This document shows positions 30,087-39,208 of a stretch of DNA of 64,000 nt, one piece after another. A program made the position numbers and the translations under genes. Position 1 is the stretch's first letter; every line of letters begins with the position of its first letter. Location: assembly GCA_965197725.1 (NCBI GenBank), contig CBDANQ010000057.1, positions 32,001-96,000 of the forward strand, read 5' to 3'. Source of the DNA: Longimicrobiales bacterium (lineage in GTDB: Bacteria > Gemmatimonadota > Gemmatimonadetes > Longimicrobiales > Gaopeijiaceae). The notes under the pieces are model-generated. The model did not search any database. It was not told where the DNA came from and worked only from the letters and a program-made list of their open reading frames with translations.

Positions 30087-31713
30087 GGTGAATTCAAGCG
30101 GTCGTCGCAACACCTCGAGGAGGAGTTGCGATGGAGGCAAGCAAGCGCCGACGAGCGGATCGAGCTCTACGTCCACAGATGCGTTCACCAGGCCGTCCGC
30201 CGGTGGGACGCCGCGAGCATCGGCAGAGGTTCTGGGAAGAGGTCGCTCGAGGTCTGTCGAGCGAGGAGGCCGCCGTGGCAGCGGGTGTGTCCCCCGCTGT
30301 CGGGGTGCGCTGGTTTCGCGAATGTGGTGGCATGGCACCCCTCAATCTTCGTCCCCAGTCACGGCGCTATCTTTCGTTCGTTGAGCGAGAAGAGATCGCC
30401 GTTCTTCGAGCCCGTGGTCGTGGCGTGCGCGAGATCGCCCGGCAGTTGGGCCGCTCACCCTCGACGATCTCGCGAGAACTGGGGCGAAACGCAGCTACAC
30501 GGGGAGGCAATCTCGAGTATCGGGCCACGACCGCTCAATGGCACGCCGATCGGCGAGCGAAACGTCCCAAGCTTGCGAAGCTCGCTACGAACGGTGAACT
30601 GAGGCAGTATGTACAGGATCGCCTCGGAGGCCTGATCGCGGCTTCAGATGGTACGGCCGTGGCGGGCCCCGATGTGCGCTGGATCGGACGGCGTCGCGGT
30701 CGCCGACAAGACCGGCGGTGGGCGGTCTCGTGGAGTCCCGAGCAGATCGCCAACAGGCTACGGGTCGACTTCCCCGACGATGAGTCCATGCGTATATCGC
30801 ACGAAGCCATCTACCAGGCGCTCTACGTTCAGGGCCGTGGTGCGCTGCGACGGGAGCTGACAGCGTGCCTTCGGACGGGACGCGCGCTACGGGTGCCTCG
30901 AGCTCGCACCCGCGGACGGGGCAAGACGTTCGTTCACCCCGAGATCATGCTCAGTGAGCGACCGGCCGAGGCAGACGACCGCGCCGTTCCCGGGCACTGG
31001 GAAGGCGACCTGATCCTGGGACTGGGCAGTTCGGCGATCGGAACGCTGGTCGAGCGGGCCTCCCGGTTTACGATGCTGCTCCACCTCCCCCGCCTTGACA
31101 AACACGGCGAGCCCAGGACCAAGAACGGTCCAGCGTTGGCTGGACACGGTGCCGAAGCCGTCCGGGACGCGATTGCTTCGTCGATCACGACCCTGCCCGA
31201 GCAACTCCGCCGGTCTCTGACATGGGACCAGGGAACAGAGATGGCTCAGCACGAACGGCTTCGCATCGATACTGGCCTGGCCGTCTACTTCTGCGACCCG
31301 CAGAGCCCGTGGCAGCGCGGCACGAACGAAAACACGAACGGCCTGTTGAGACAGTACTTCCCGAAGGGCACCGACCTCAGCAGACATACCGCTGACGATC
31401 TCGCCGCCGTCGCAGCCGCTCTCAACAGCCGCCCCCGCAAGACCCTCGGTTGGAGAACTCCGGCGGAAACCTTGGAAAATCTGTTGTCATCAAAGGACCA
31501 GACCTCAACCTTGCGTTGAAATGCTCTACCGCTCCCGTATCTCCAGCCTTCAACGACCTTCGGTCGCTTCTGACTCCCTCGGGTTGGGAGACATCAAGAA
31601 CTGACTTCTTTCTGTCTGGACCCCATCGCCCTCGCCAGCCTAGTGTCCAGCAACATCGGGGCGCATGAAAACCCTTCAACACGGTACTGTTGCGACGACC
31701 GCTTGAACCTAGG
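30087..31713 (+). mobile_element. IS30-family element
   Basis: Perfect 20-bp IR core ttcaagcggtcgtcgcaaca (30093-30112 / 31688-31707); flanked by CTG, extendable to CTGGGT. Confidence 0.88.
30131..31519 (+). CDS. IS30-family transposase
   Basis: HTH RSPSTISREL, WSPEQI, GHWEGDLI, TWDQGTEM, PWQRGTNENTNGLLRQYFPK. Confidence 0.95.
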   Translation: MEASKRRRADRALRPQMRSPGRPPVGRREHRQRFWEEVARGLSSEEAAVAAGVSPAVGVRWFRECGGMAPLNLRPQSRRYLSFVEREEIAVLRARGRGVREIARQLGRSPSTISRELGRNAATRGGNLEYRATTAQWHADRRAKRPKLAKLATNGELRQYVQDRLGGLIAASDGTAVAGPDVRWIGRRRGRRQDRRWAVSWSPEQIANRLRVDFPDDESMRISHEAIYQALYVQGRGALRRELTACLRTGRALRVPRARTRGRGKTFVHPEIMLSERPAEADDRAVPGHWEGDLILGLGSSAIGTLVERASRFTMLLHLPRLDKHGEPRTKNGPALAGHGAEAVRDAIASSITTLPEQLRRSLTWDQGTEMAQHERLRIDTGLAVYFCDPQSPWQRGTNENTNGLLRQYFPKGTDLSRHTADDLAAVAAALNSRPRKTLGWRTPAETLENLLSSKDQTSTLR

Positions 31714-32283
31714 CTGGGTACCCTGATCGCTATGATGGATGACACCGTTCGGTCGTCGTTGCTGCAGCGCCATGTTCAGCGCGTCGAGCACGAGATCGGT
31801 CTTGAGATGCGTCTTCATCGACCATCCGACCACATGGCGGCTCCACGCATCGACGACGACTGACAGGTACAAGAAGCCGCTCCCAGGTCGGCACGTAGGT
31901 GATGTCGGCAACCCAGAGCTGGTCCGGGCCGTGCACACTGAAGTCGCGCGCGACGAGATCGGGGGCAGGTCGAGCATCTCTGTTTCGCTTCGTCGTGCGC
32001 CACTTCCTTCGCCGCGTAGCGCCTTGTAGTCCTGCCAGCCTCATCAGACGACGCACCCGCTTGTGGTTGACCTGCCAGCCGTCGTCCCTGAGCTCGGCGT
32101 ACATCCGTGGCTGGCCATACGTCTCACGGCTGAACGTGTGGATCTCACGCATCCGACCTAGCAGTCGCTCGTTCTCGACCGCGCGATGCGATGGAGGACG
32201 CTTTCTCCATGCGTAGTACCCGCTGGGCGAGACGCTCAGGACTTCGCACATCATCTGCACGCTGAACTCGGCCTGGTTGGCCC

Positions 32284-32598
32284 TCACGAACTCGAACGCT
32301 TCGGGGGCACCGAGTCGGACTCCTGAGGGAACCAGGCCGCGGCTTTTTTTAGGATCTCCCGCTCGACACGAAGCCGCTTGTTCTCACGCCGAAGCTCGCG
32401 GAGCTCCTCGCGCTCTGACGACGTCAGGCCGTCGCTTCTGACTCCCGTGTCGAGGTCCGTCTGCTTCACCCAATTGTGGATCGTCTGCGCTGTGGGCTCA
32501 AACTCCCGACTCAGCTCCTCAGGCGTGCGACCTGCTTTGACCAGCTCCACCATCTGCTGGCGGAACTCCAACGAATACGGCGGTCTCGTTCTTGGCAT
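32284..32598 (-). CDS. IS3 OrfA
   Basis: YSLEFRQQMV..IHNWVKQ..LRRENKRLRVEREILKKA. Confidence 0.9.
   Translation of the reverse strand: MPRTRPPYSLEFRQQMVELVKAGRTPEELSREFEPTAQTIHNWVKQTDLDTGVRSDGLTSSEREELRELRRENKRLRVEREILKKAAAWFPQESDSVPPKRSSS
32343..32350 (-). promoter_or_regulatory. Programmed -1 frameshift slippery site A7G of IS3
   Basis: ctAAAAAAAGcc near the end of orfA on the minus strand, the usual IS3 OrfAB position. Confidence 0.75.
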
Positions 32599-32790
32599 CG
32601 TGGACTCCTCTCTCTAAAGAGAATAGGTGTCCACCGTCAGGGGCTAACTCCAAGCTCCGGCTAGCCACCAGGCTTCTCGTTGCAGCCCGTCGGAGCGTAC
32701 GCGTTCCCATAGTGAGCTAGCAGGTCCGCTTCCTCTGCAACGCCGCTGTCGATGCTGAAGCGGCGTTGCAGAGGACGGGCGATCAAGCCG

Positions 32791-33634
32791 TCAAGACGTA
32801 GCAGATGCGTCGAACACAATCCCAAGCAGCGTCCCTTCAGGATCCCCGTCAGTCAGTCTGCAACGAACATGTCCGTCAAAATCGAATCCGTCGTGGAAGT
32901 CATCGTACGGGACCATGTCGGAGTTCAGGGCACAGATGTACTGCGTCCCAGTCTTGTCGGCCACTGCGCGCGCGCGCTCCAAAGCCGCTGCTCGTTGCCG
33001 GGAGTCGACGCCATCGTACATCTCGCTGTCGTGAACCAAGAAGTCGATAGAGCGCTCGCGGGTGGCGCAGAACTCGAGGAGCGCGAGGTCGAAGCAGAAT
33101 ATCTTCATCTTGGCAATCCCGTCGCTTCCGCTCTTACTGATCTCAATATTGAACTTTAGTCCAGAATCCGTCGTGTCGATGGCCAAGTGTCCGGGAGCTC
33201 TGTAGAGCGCTTGTGAGTTGAGATTGAACAGCCGCACGGGGATGTCCCAGGTGTCGCGACGCTCCTCGTGGTCGTGCGCGGCTAGGCCAGCCAAGTCGGC
33301 CTTATCCCGGGCGAGCTGACGTTTGTCCGACTCGATTTGGCGCCGGCGCTCGATCTGCGCCTTCACACGCGCTAGGTCCTGGCACCGGGCGGCGTGCCGT
33401 TCCTGCAACCTGACCATCTCCTCTAGTGCCCCGTGTTCACTGAGTATCTGCAGGAGGTCGGCTCGGGTCTCCGTCAATTCCCTGATCTTGTGGTCCGTCT
33501 CGGCGATGCCGCTCTCCAGTCTGGAGATCTCCTTTTGCAGGAAGCGTCGGCGGTCCTTCAAGACGAGGCCATAGAATTCCCTAGCCTCCGCAAGCGACCG
33601 CCGCACGTTCTCCGAAAACACCACGGCGGCCGAG
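32791..33634 (-). pseudogene. C-terminal part of a DUF2326 SMC-like ABC ATPase (ABC three-component defence type)
   Basis: Coiled coil, then GSDGIAKMKIFCFDL and FLVHDSEMYDGVDSRQ; N-terminal Walker A half is missing. Confidence 0.8.
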
Positions 33635-33732
33635 TTCCTGCCAGCGCGGACGGCACTCGGCATGCCCGTCGCGCGCCTTCTACACGAGTAGCTCCGATCT
33701 GGAGGTCGAACCCGCATTGGGGTTATGGCACT

Positions 33733-33815
33733 GGCGTCGCGCAGCTCCTGCCGTGGCTGCCCAACCACCGGTCGGCGCGTGAACGGACGAGACACTACGA
33801 TCGCCGGCGGAAAAC
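33733..33815 (+). pseudogene. Possible tyrosine-recombinase C-terminal scrap
   Basis: AQLL..NHRSAR..TRHYDRRRK resembles Q..A(G/N)H.S.RTT.LYDRR; degenerate. Confidence 0.35.
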
Positions 33816-33901
33816 CGCGCTGATCGGAAACGAATCCTGACCGACTATTACCCAGCCCGGTCCGATCATTGTGGGGAACTTCTTGTCTTCGGCGCCGCGC
33901 T

Positions 33902-34095
33902 TCAGGCATCGGCTTGCCACCGGTCGTATGTTGTCGCGGCGCCAAGCCGACAAGTCGCGTCCGCGCCGGAAGCTCTCCATCGGTGGCGCGAAGGCCTGGA
34001 ACGACAATGCGGTGATCGGTCCGAATCCCGGGATCGTCATCAGCCGCGCCGTCTCTTCGTCGTGCCATGCGCACGCCCGGATGAGGCCGTCCGAC
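33902..34095 (-). pseudogene. IS110-family transposase fragment
   Basis: RLMTIPGFGPITALSFQAFAPPMESFRRGRDLSAW / LAPRQHTTGGKP. Confidence 0.8.
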
Positions 34096-34172
34096 GCGCT
34101 GATGCAGCTCGATGCGCCGTCGTGCGAGGGACTCAAGACGGCTGCCAACACAGGACCCTGGTACTACCCGAT

Positions 34173-34214
34173 TCCCGCCATAAGTCCCGCCATTTGGTGC
34201 GGTTTTCCCGCTAT
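34173..34214 (+). repeat. Direct repeats TCCCGCCAT x2 plus TCCCGCTAT, putative integrase arm-type sites
   Basis: At 34173-34181, 34185-34193 and 34206-34214, 105-145 bp upstream of the tRNA fragment. Confidence 0.6.
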
Positions 34215-34318
34215 TTCAGTACGGTAGAATCAGATATCGTCAAACGGCAAGAGCGGCAGATCGTGCAGTCCCAGTTGAACTTATACGATTTTCTTGCCGT
34301 GAATCACAGCATCTGTCC

Positions 34319-34366
34319 TACGTCTGATAAGCGTGAGGTCGGTAGTTCAAATCTACCCAGGTCCAC
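34319..34366 (+). tRNA. 3' half of tRNA-Ile(GAT); att-site duplication, not a functional tRNA
   Basis: acgt-CTGATAA-gcgtg anticodon arm, aggtc, ggtag-TTCAAAT-ctacc T arm, 3' acceptor strand; no D arm or 5' acceptor strand upstream. Confidence 0.85.
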
Positions 34367-34392
34367 TCCTTTGAAGCGACTGCCCCGCTTGG

Positions 34393-35555
34393 TGTTAGCG
34401 GCCTTCCAATATTGCACACATGTGGCCATCGAAAATTGCACACTTGGCGCTTTGACCTAGCGGGCGGGAGAGTGGGGATGTAGGCACCACCCCGAGCGAT
34501 CTTCCGGCCGATCCACTCACTTGGCGCCTCCACCGAGAACGTGGAGGTGCAATGATCGGAAGGGAGAAGCGCGTGCTGCTCCGTCATTACCTCGAGCAGG
34601 GGATGAACAAGGCGGTGATCGCCCGGGATCTGGGGGTCAGTCGCCGTACCGTGTACCACTGGATAGAGACCGGTCAACTGGACCGGGAGTTGGACGAAGA
34701 GCGTGTCGGGTACGGTCCGAGATGTCTGATGCCGTCGAAGCTGGATCCGTACAAGCCGTTGATCGACACGCGTCTCAAGGAGTACCCGAAGCTCACGGCT
34801 GTACGGCTCTTCAAGGAGGTCCGGGCCGCTGGCTACCCGGGCAGTTACAACCAAGTGAAGCGCTATGTACGCAAGGTCCGGCCTCGACCCCCCAGAGGAG
34901 CCGGTCGTGCGCTTCGAGACGGCGCCTGGGCGTCAGGGCCAGGTGGACTTCGCCCACTTCCGGCTACCGTGGGGCAAGCGTTACGCACTAATCGTCGTGC
35001 TGGGCTACTCGAGGCTGCTGTGGGTTCAGTTCTACACCCGGCAGACCATGAAGGCCCTGATGCATGGCCTGGAGTCTTCGTTTTCCTACTTCGGCGGCGT
35101 GCCCTCAGAGCTTCTGTTCGACCAAATGAAGGCGGTCGTCATCGAGGACGGTCGATACGACGATGGTGCCCTCGTCGAGAACCCGGAGTTCATGCGCTAC
35201 GCCTACCACTGGAACTTCAGGATCCGAGCGTGCCGACCCTATCGGGCTCAGACCAAGGGCAAGGTGGAGCGGCCGATCCGCTACCTCAGGGAGAGCTTCT
35301 TCTACGGGCGCACCTTCACGTCGGACGACGATCTCAACGCGCAGGCCCTTCATTGGCTTGAGACGGAAGCCAATGTGCGCAGCCACGGAACGCTGAAGGA
35401 GCGGCCCCTCGATCGCTTCGAGCGTGAACGACTGCTCCTCGAGCCCTTGGCGACTCGCCCGTATCACCCCCTCGTCCTGCCTCCGGATCGCTCCTCACCC
35501 GGCACGACGTCCCTTGCCGGCCATCCACGTCGAGCGACGTCCCCTCACGGCCTAG
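34393..35555 (+). mobile_element. IS21-family element, left end plus istA only
   Basis: TG start with repeated attgcacac motifs; istB and the right end are absent. Confidence 0.85.
34552..35555 (+). pseudogene. istA: IstA transposase, frameshifts in C runs (near 34890 and 35512), cut off by IS1182-like copy 3
   Basis: SKLDPYKPLI, RFETAPGRQGQVDF, LGYSR, FGGVP..LFDQMK, TKGKVER, VERRPLTA. Confidence 0.88.
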
Positions 35556-37018
35556 CAGTCCGTGGAAGAAATAGGTTCCCAGCGGATGATGGGTGGGAGA
35601 GAAGGCAGACACGCGGGGGCTGTGTTGTTGTGCAAGAAGCGGGTTTTGGGGTCTGACGAGGCGATATTCGGCCCAAGGAAGGCGAAATAGCGCCGAATAC
35701 GGCGGAAAAAGCGCGAGACGCGGGTTGTAACCTGAGTTGCGAGCGCAGCTTGTACGGTAGCGAGGCCCTGTAACGCACGGGGGGTTCCAACCCCGAACCG
35801 CTTGCGCATGAGAAGGCCGAGGTTGAAGGCCGCCGCGTGGATCAACATCCGTTTTCGAATCTCCTCCTGGCCCCGTATGTGGACGCGACGCAGCCCTCCG
35901 GTCACAAGCAAGTGCGCAAACCCCCGCTCCACCTTCTCGCCGCGCTGGCGCAGCAGCCGCATCCCCCGGTTGCCGCGGATCCGGCGGCGGTTGTCGTAGG
36001 TCGGCTTCTGCGCGTCCCGGTTGTTCTTCCATTTCCGGCGCCCGCGGTTGGGCTCGCTCACATAGCTGCGCAGCTCCCGCTCCTTCACGCCCGTCATGGT
36101 CTTGTTCGAGTGGTAGCCTTTGTCGGCCACCACTTCCTCGGGCTCTACCTGCACTACTTCCAGCTGCCGCTCTGCCTCGTCCAGCGTGTTGGGCAGCGAC
36201 GCCACATCTCCCCCGTCCATCGTCTGCACCGTCACCGCCACAAGCGCACCGGTCTCCATGTCGACCGCCTGCTCCAACTTGTGCGCCAGGCGCGTCCTGC
36301 CGTCCTTCATCTTCGTGATCCGCGCCTCCGGGTCGTGCGGATGCACCCAGTCCTTGTTCGAGCCCTTCTTCGGACGCTTCCGGTCCAGCGTCGTCAGATC
36401 CTTGCGCGTCGGCGTCTCGATCCCCGACGCCCGGGCCACCTGCTCCAGCCATTCATCGTAGCCCAACCCGTCGTCGCGCCGCACGATCGTGCGCATCGCC
36501 GCATTCGCCTCCAGCGTCGTCGAGTCGACGCCCAGCGTCTTGCCGCTCAGCAACCCCGACCCCTTCAGCAGCTCCAGCACCCGCCCGAACACCGCCGCGT
36601 GCGCTTCCACGCTCAGGCGCTTGCGCGTCTTCGACAGGGTCGAATGCTCCGGCGGGTTCTTCGCCCACCCGTATCCCAGAAACTCACGCAACGACAACGA
36701 GTCCCCACACCGCCAGGCAATGCCCCGCTCCGAGCCGATCCCTTCGAGGTAGCCCACCATCATCATTCGGAAATACACCCCGGGAGCAATCCCCGGCCGA
36801 CCCCGATTGTCCGCGTAGAACTCACGGCATGCCTCTTCCGCGAACTCGTCAAACCCGCTTTTCGCCAGAAGCTCGTTCAAGGCCCAGTAGAACGGGTTGT
36901 CCAAGGCCCGAATCTCGCTCGCCACCACGAACATCTCGCCCTGCCGAGCCTCGGGCCGCTTGCCTACCGCCATCGCCGTCCTCGCTGCAAAAACCCTCGT
37001 GTCCTCCTGATTTAACAC
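35552..37018 (-). CDS. IS1182-like transposase copy 3
   Basis: 488 aa, near identical to the other copies. Confidence 0.9.
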   Translation of the reverse strand: MLNQEDTRVFAARTAMAVGKRPEARQGEMFVVASEIRALDNPFYWALNELLAKSGFDEFAEEACREFYADNRGRPGIAPGVYFRMMMVGYLEGIGSERGIAWRCGDSLSLREFLGYGWAKNPPEHSTLSKTRKRLSVEAHAAVFGRVLELLKGSGLLSGKTLGVDSTTLEANAAMRTIVRRDDGLGYDEWLEQVARASGIETPTRKDLTTLDRKRPKKGSNKDWVHPHDPEARITKMKDGRTRLAHKLEQAVDMETGALVAVTVQTMDGGDVASLPNTLDEAERQLEVVQVEPEEVVADKGYHSNKTMTGVKERELRSYVSEPNRGRRKWKNNRDAQKPTYDNRRRIRGNRGMRLLRQRGEKVERGFAHLLVTGGLRRVHIRGQEEIRKRMLIHAAAFNLGLLMRKRFGVGTPRALQGLATVQAALATQVTTRVSRFFRRIRRYFAFLGPNIASSDPKTRFLHNNTAPACLPSLPPIIRWEPISSTDC

Positions 37019-37050
37019 AACAGCGATGACCGGACTTTATCCACGGTCTG
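35556..37050 (-). mobile_element. IS1182-like element copy 3
   Basis: Same IRs; flanks CTAG (left) and CCAG (right). Confidence 0.92.
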
Positions 37051-37713
37051 CCAGAGGAGCCGGTCGTGCGCTTCGAGACGGCGCCTGGGCGTCAGGGCCA
37101 GGTGGACTTCGCCCACTTCCGGCTACCGTGGGGCAAGCGTTACGCACTAATCGTCGTGCTGGGCTACTCGAGGCTGCTGTGGGTTCAGTTCTACACCCGG
37201 CAGACCATGAAGGCCCTGATGCATGGCCTGGAGTCTTCGTTTTCCTACTTCGGCGGCGTGCCCTCAGAGCTTCTGTTCGACCAAATGAAGGCGGTCGTCA
37301 TCGAGGACGGTCGATACGACGATGGTGCCCTCGTCGAGAACCCGGAGTTCATGCGCTACGCCTACCACTGGAACTTCAGGATCCGAGCGTGCCGACCCTA
37401 TCGGGCTCAGACCAAGGGCAAGGTGGAGCGGCCGATCCGCTACCTCAGGGAGAGCTTCTTCTACGGGCGCACCTTCACGTCGGACGACGATCTCAACGCG
37501 CAGGCCCTTCATTGGCTTGAGACGGAAGCCAAGGTGCGCAGCCACGGAACGCTGAAGGAGCGGCCCCTCGATCGCTTCGAGCGTGAACGACTGCTCCTCG
37601 AGCCCTTGGCGACTCGCCCGTATCACCCCCTCGTCCTGCCTCCGGATCGCTCCTCACCCGGCACGACGTCCTTGCCGGCCATCCACGTCGAGCGACGTCC
37701 CCTCACGGCCTAT
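37051..37713 (+). pseudogene. istA: Duplicated internal istA segment
   Basis: PEEPVVRFETAPG..VERRPLTAY. Confidence 0.88.
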
Positions 37714-39176
37714 CAGTCCGTGGAAGAAATAGGTTCCCAGCGGATGATGGGTGGGAGAGAAGGCAGACACGCGGGGGCTGTGTTGTTGTGCAAGAAGCGG
37801 GTTTTGGGGTCTGACGAGGCGATATTCGGCCCAAGGAAGGCGAAATAGCGCCGAATACGGCGGAAAAAGCGCGAGACGCGGGTTGTAACCTGAGTTGCGA
37901 GCGCAGCTTGTACGGTAGCGAGGCCCTGTAACGCACGGGGGGTTCCAACCCCGAACCGCTTGCGGATGAGAAGGCCGAGGTTGAAGGCCGCCGCGTGGAT
38001 CAACATCCGTTTTCGAATCTCCTCCTGGCCCCGTATGTGGACGCGACGCAGCCCTCCGGTCACAAGCAAGTGCGCAAACCCCCGCTCCACCTTCTCGCCG
38101 CGCTGGCGCAGCAGCCGCATCCCCCGGTTGCCGCGGATCCGGCGGCGGTTGTCGTAGGTCGGCGTCTGCGCGTCCCGGTTGTTCTTCCATTTCCGGCGCC
38201 CGCGGTTGGGCTCGCTCACATAGCTGCGCAGCTCCCGCTCCTTCACGCCCGTCATGGTCTTGTTCGAGTGGTAGCCTTTGTCGGCCACCACTTCCTCGGG
38301 CTCTACCTGCACTACTTCCAGCTGCCGCTCTGCCTCGTCCAGCGTGTTGGGCAGCGACGCCACATCTCCCCCGTCCATCGTCTGCACCGTCACCGCCACA
38401 AGCGCACCGGTCTCCATGTCGACCGCCTGCTCCAACTTGTGCGCCAGGCGCGTCCTGCCGTCCTTCATCTTCGTGATCCGCGCCTCCGGGTCGTGCGGAT
38501 GCACCCAGTCCTTGTTCGAGCCCTTCTTCGGACGCTTCCGGTCCAGCGTCGTCAGATCCTTGCGCGTCGGCGTCTCGATCCCCGACGCCCGGGCCACCTG
38601 CTCCAGCCATTCATCGTAGCCCAACCCGTCGTCGCGCCGCACGATCGTGCGCATCGCCGCATTCGCCTCCAGCGTCGTCGAGTCGACGCCCAGCGTCTTG
38701 CCGCTCAGCAACCCCGACCCCTTCAGCAGCTCCAGCACCCGCCCGAACACCGCCGCGTGCGCTTCCACGCTCAGGCGCTTGCGCGTCTTCGACAGGGTCG
38801 AATGCTCCGGCGGGTTCTTCGCCCACCCGTATCCCAGAAACTCACGCAACGACAACGAGTCCCCACACCGCCAGGCAATGCCCCGCTCCGAGCCGATCCC
38901 TTCCAGGTAGCCCACCATCATCATTCGGAAATACACCCCGGGAGCAATCCCCGGCCGACCCCGATTGTCCGCGTAGAACTCACGGCATGCCTCTTCCGCG
39001 AACTCGTCAAACCCGCTTTTCGCCAGAAGCTCGTTCAAGGCCCGGTAGAACGGGTTGTCCAAGGCCCGAATCTCGCTCGCCACCACGAACATCTCGCCCT
39101 GCCGAGCCTCGGGCCGCTTGCCTACCGCCATCGCCGTCCTCGCTGCAAAAACCCTCGTGTCCTCCTGATTTAACAC
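37713..39176 (-). CDS. IS1182-like transposase copy 4 (487 aa)
   Basis: Ends STD* on a TGA completed by the flanking base. Confidence 0.9.
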   Translation of the reverse strand: MLNQEDTRVFAARTAMAVGKRPEARQGEMFVVASEIRALDNPFYRALNELLAKSGFDEFAEEACREFYADNRGRPGIAPGVYFRMMMVGYLEGIGSERGIAWRCGDSLSLREFLGYGWAKNPPEHSTLSKTRKRLSVEAHAAVFGRVLELLKGSGLLSGKTLGVDSTTLEANAAMRTIVRRDDGLGYDEWLEQVARASGIETPTRKDLTTLDRKRPKKGSNKDWVHPHDPEARITKMKDGRTRLAHKLEQAVDMETGALVAVTVQTMDGGDVASLPNTLDEAERQLEVVQVEPEEVVADKGYHSNKTMTGVKERELRSYVSEPNRGRRKWKNNRDAQTPTYDNRRRIRGNRGMRLLRQRGEKVERGFAHLLVTGGLRRVHIRGQEEIRKRMLIHAAAFNLGLLIRKRFGVGTPRALQGLATVQAALATQVTTRVSRFFRRIRRYFAFLGPNIASSDPKTRFLHNNTAPACLPSLPPIIRWEPISSTD

Positions 39177-39208
39177 AACAGCGATGACCGGACTTTATCC
39201 ACGGTCTG
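37714..39208 (-). mobile_element. IS1182-like element copy 4
   Basis: Same IRs; flanks CTAT (left) and CTAG (right). Confidence 0.92.

Larger units (their letters stand above)
29808..32287 (-). pseudogene. IS3 OrfB (DDE), split by IS30 and with an extra G near 31883
   Basis: WVADITY, HHSDQGTQ|YTS, DNAMCESFF, YNPHRRHSALG. Confidence 0.9.
29767..32652 (-). mobile_element. IS3-family element interrupted by IS30
   Basis: TG..CA ends tggagttagcccctgacggtggac / tggagttggccccgcacggtggac; orfA/orfB organisation; no target duplication. Confidence 0.9.
34892..39208. repeat. Tandem duplication of about 2.16 kb (istA segment + IS1182-like element): 34892-37050 and 37051-39208
   Basis: 37051-37713 repeats 34892-35555 almost exactly, each followed by a full IS copy. 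Confidence 0.92.

Noticed and set aside
32791..34074. 427-aa intact DUF2326 protein
   Set aside because: The first ~145 aa are a chance open frame across IS110 and other scraps, with no Walker A
33902..34320. IS110 bridge-RNA system
   Set aside because: Only about 60 degenerate codons remain, with no RuvC-like domain or element ends; the adjacent non-coding DNA is better explained as att arm sequence
34319..34366. Functional tRNA-Ile
   Set aside because: D arm and 5' acceptor strand are missing; kept only as an att remnant
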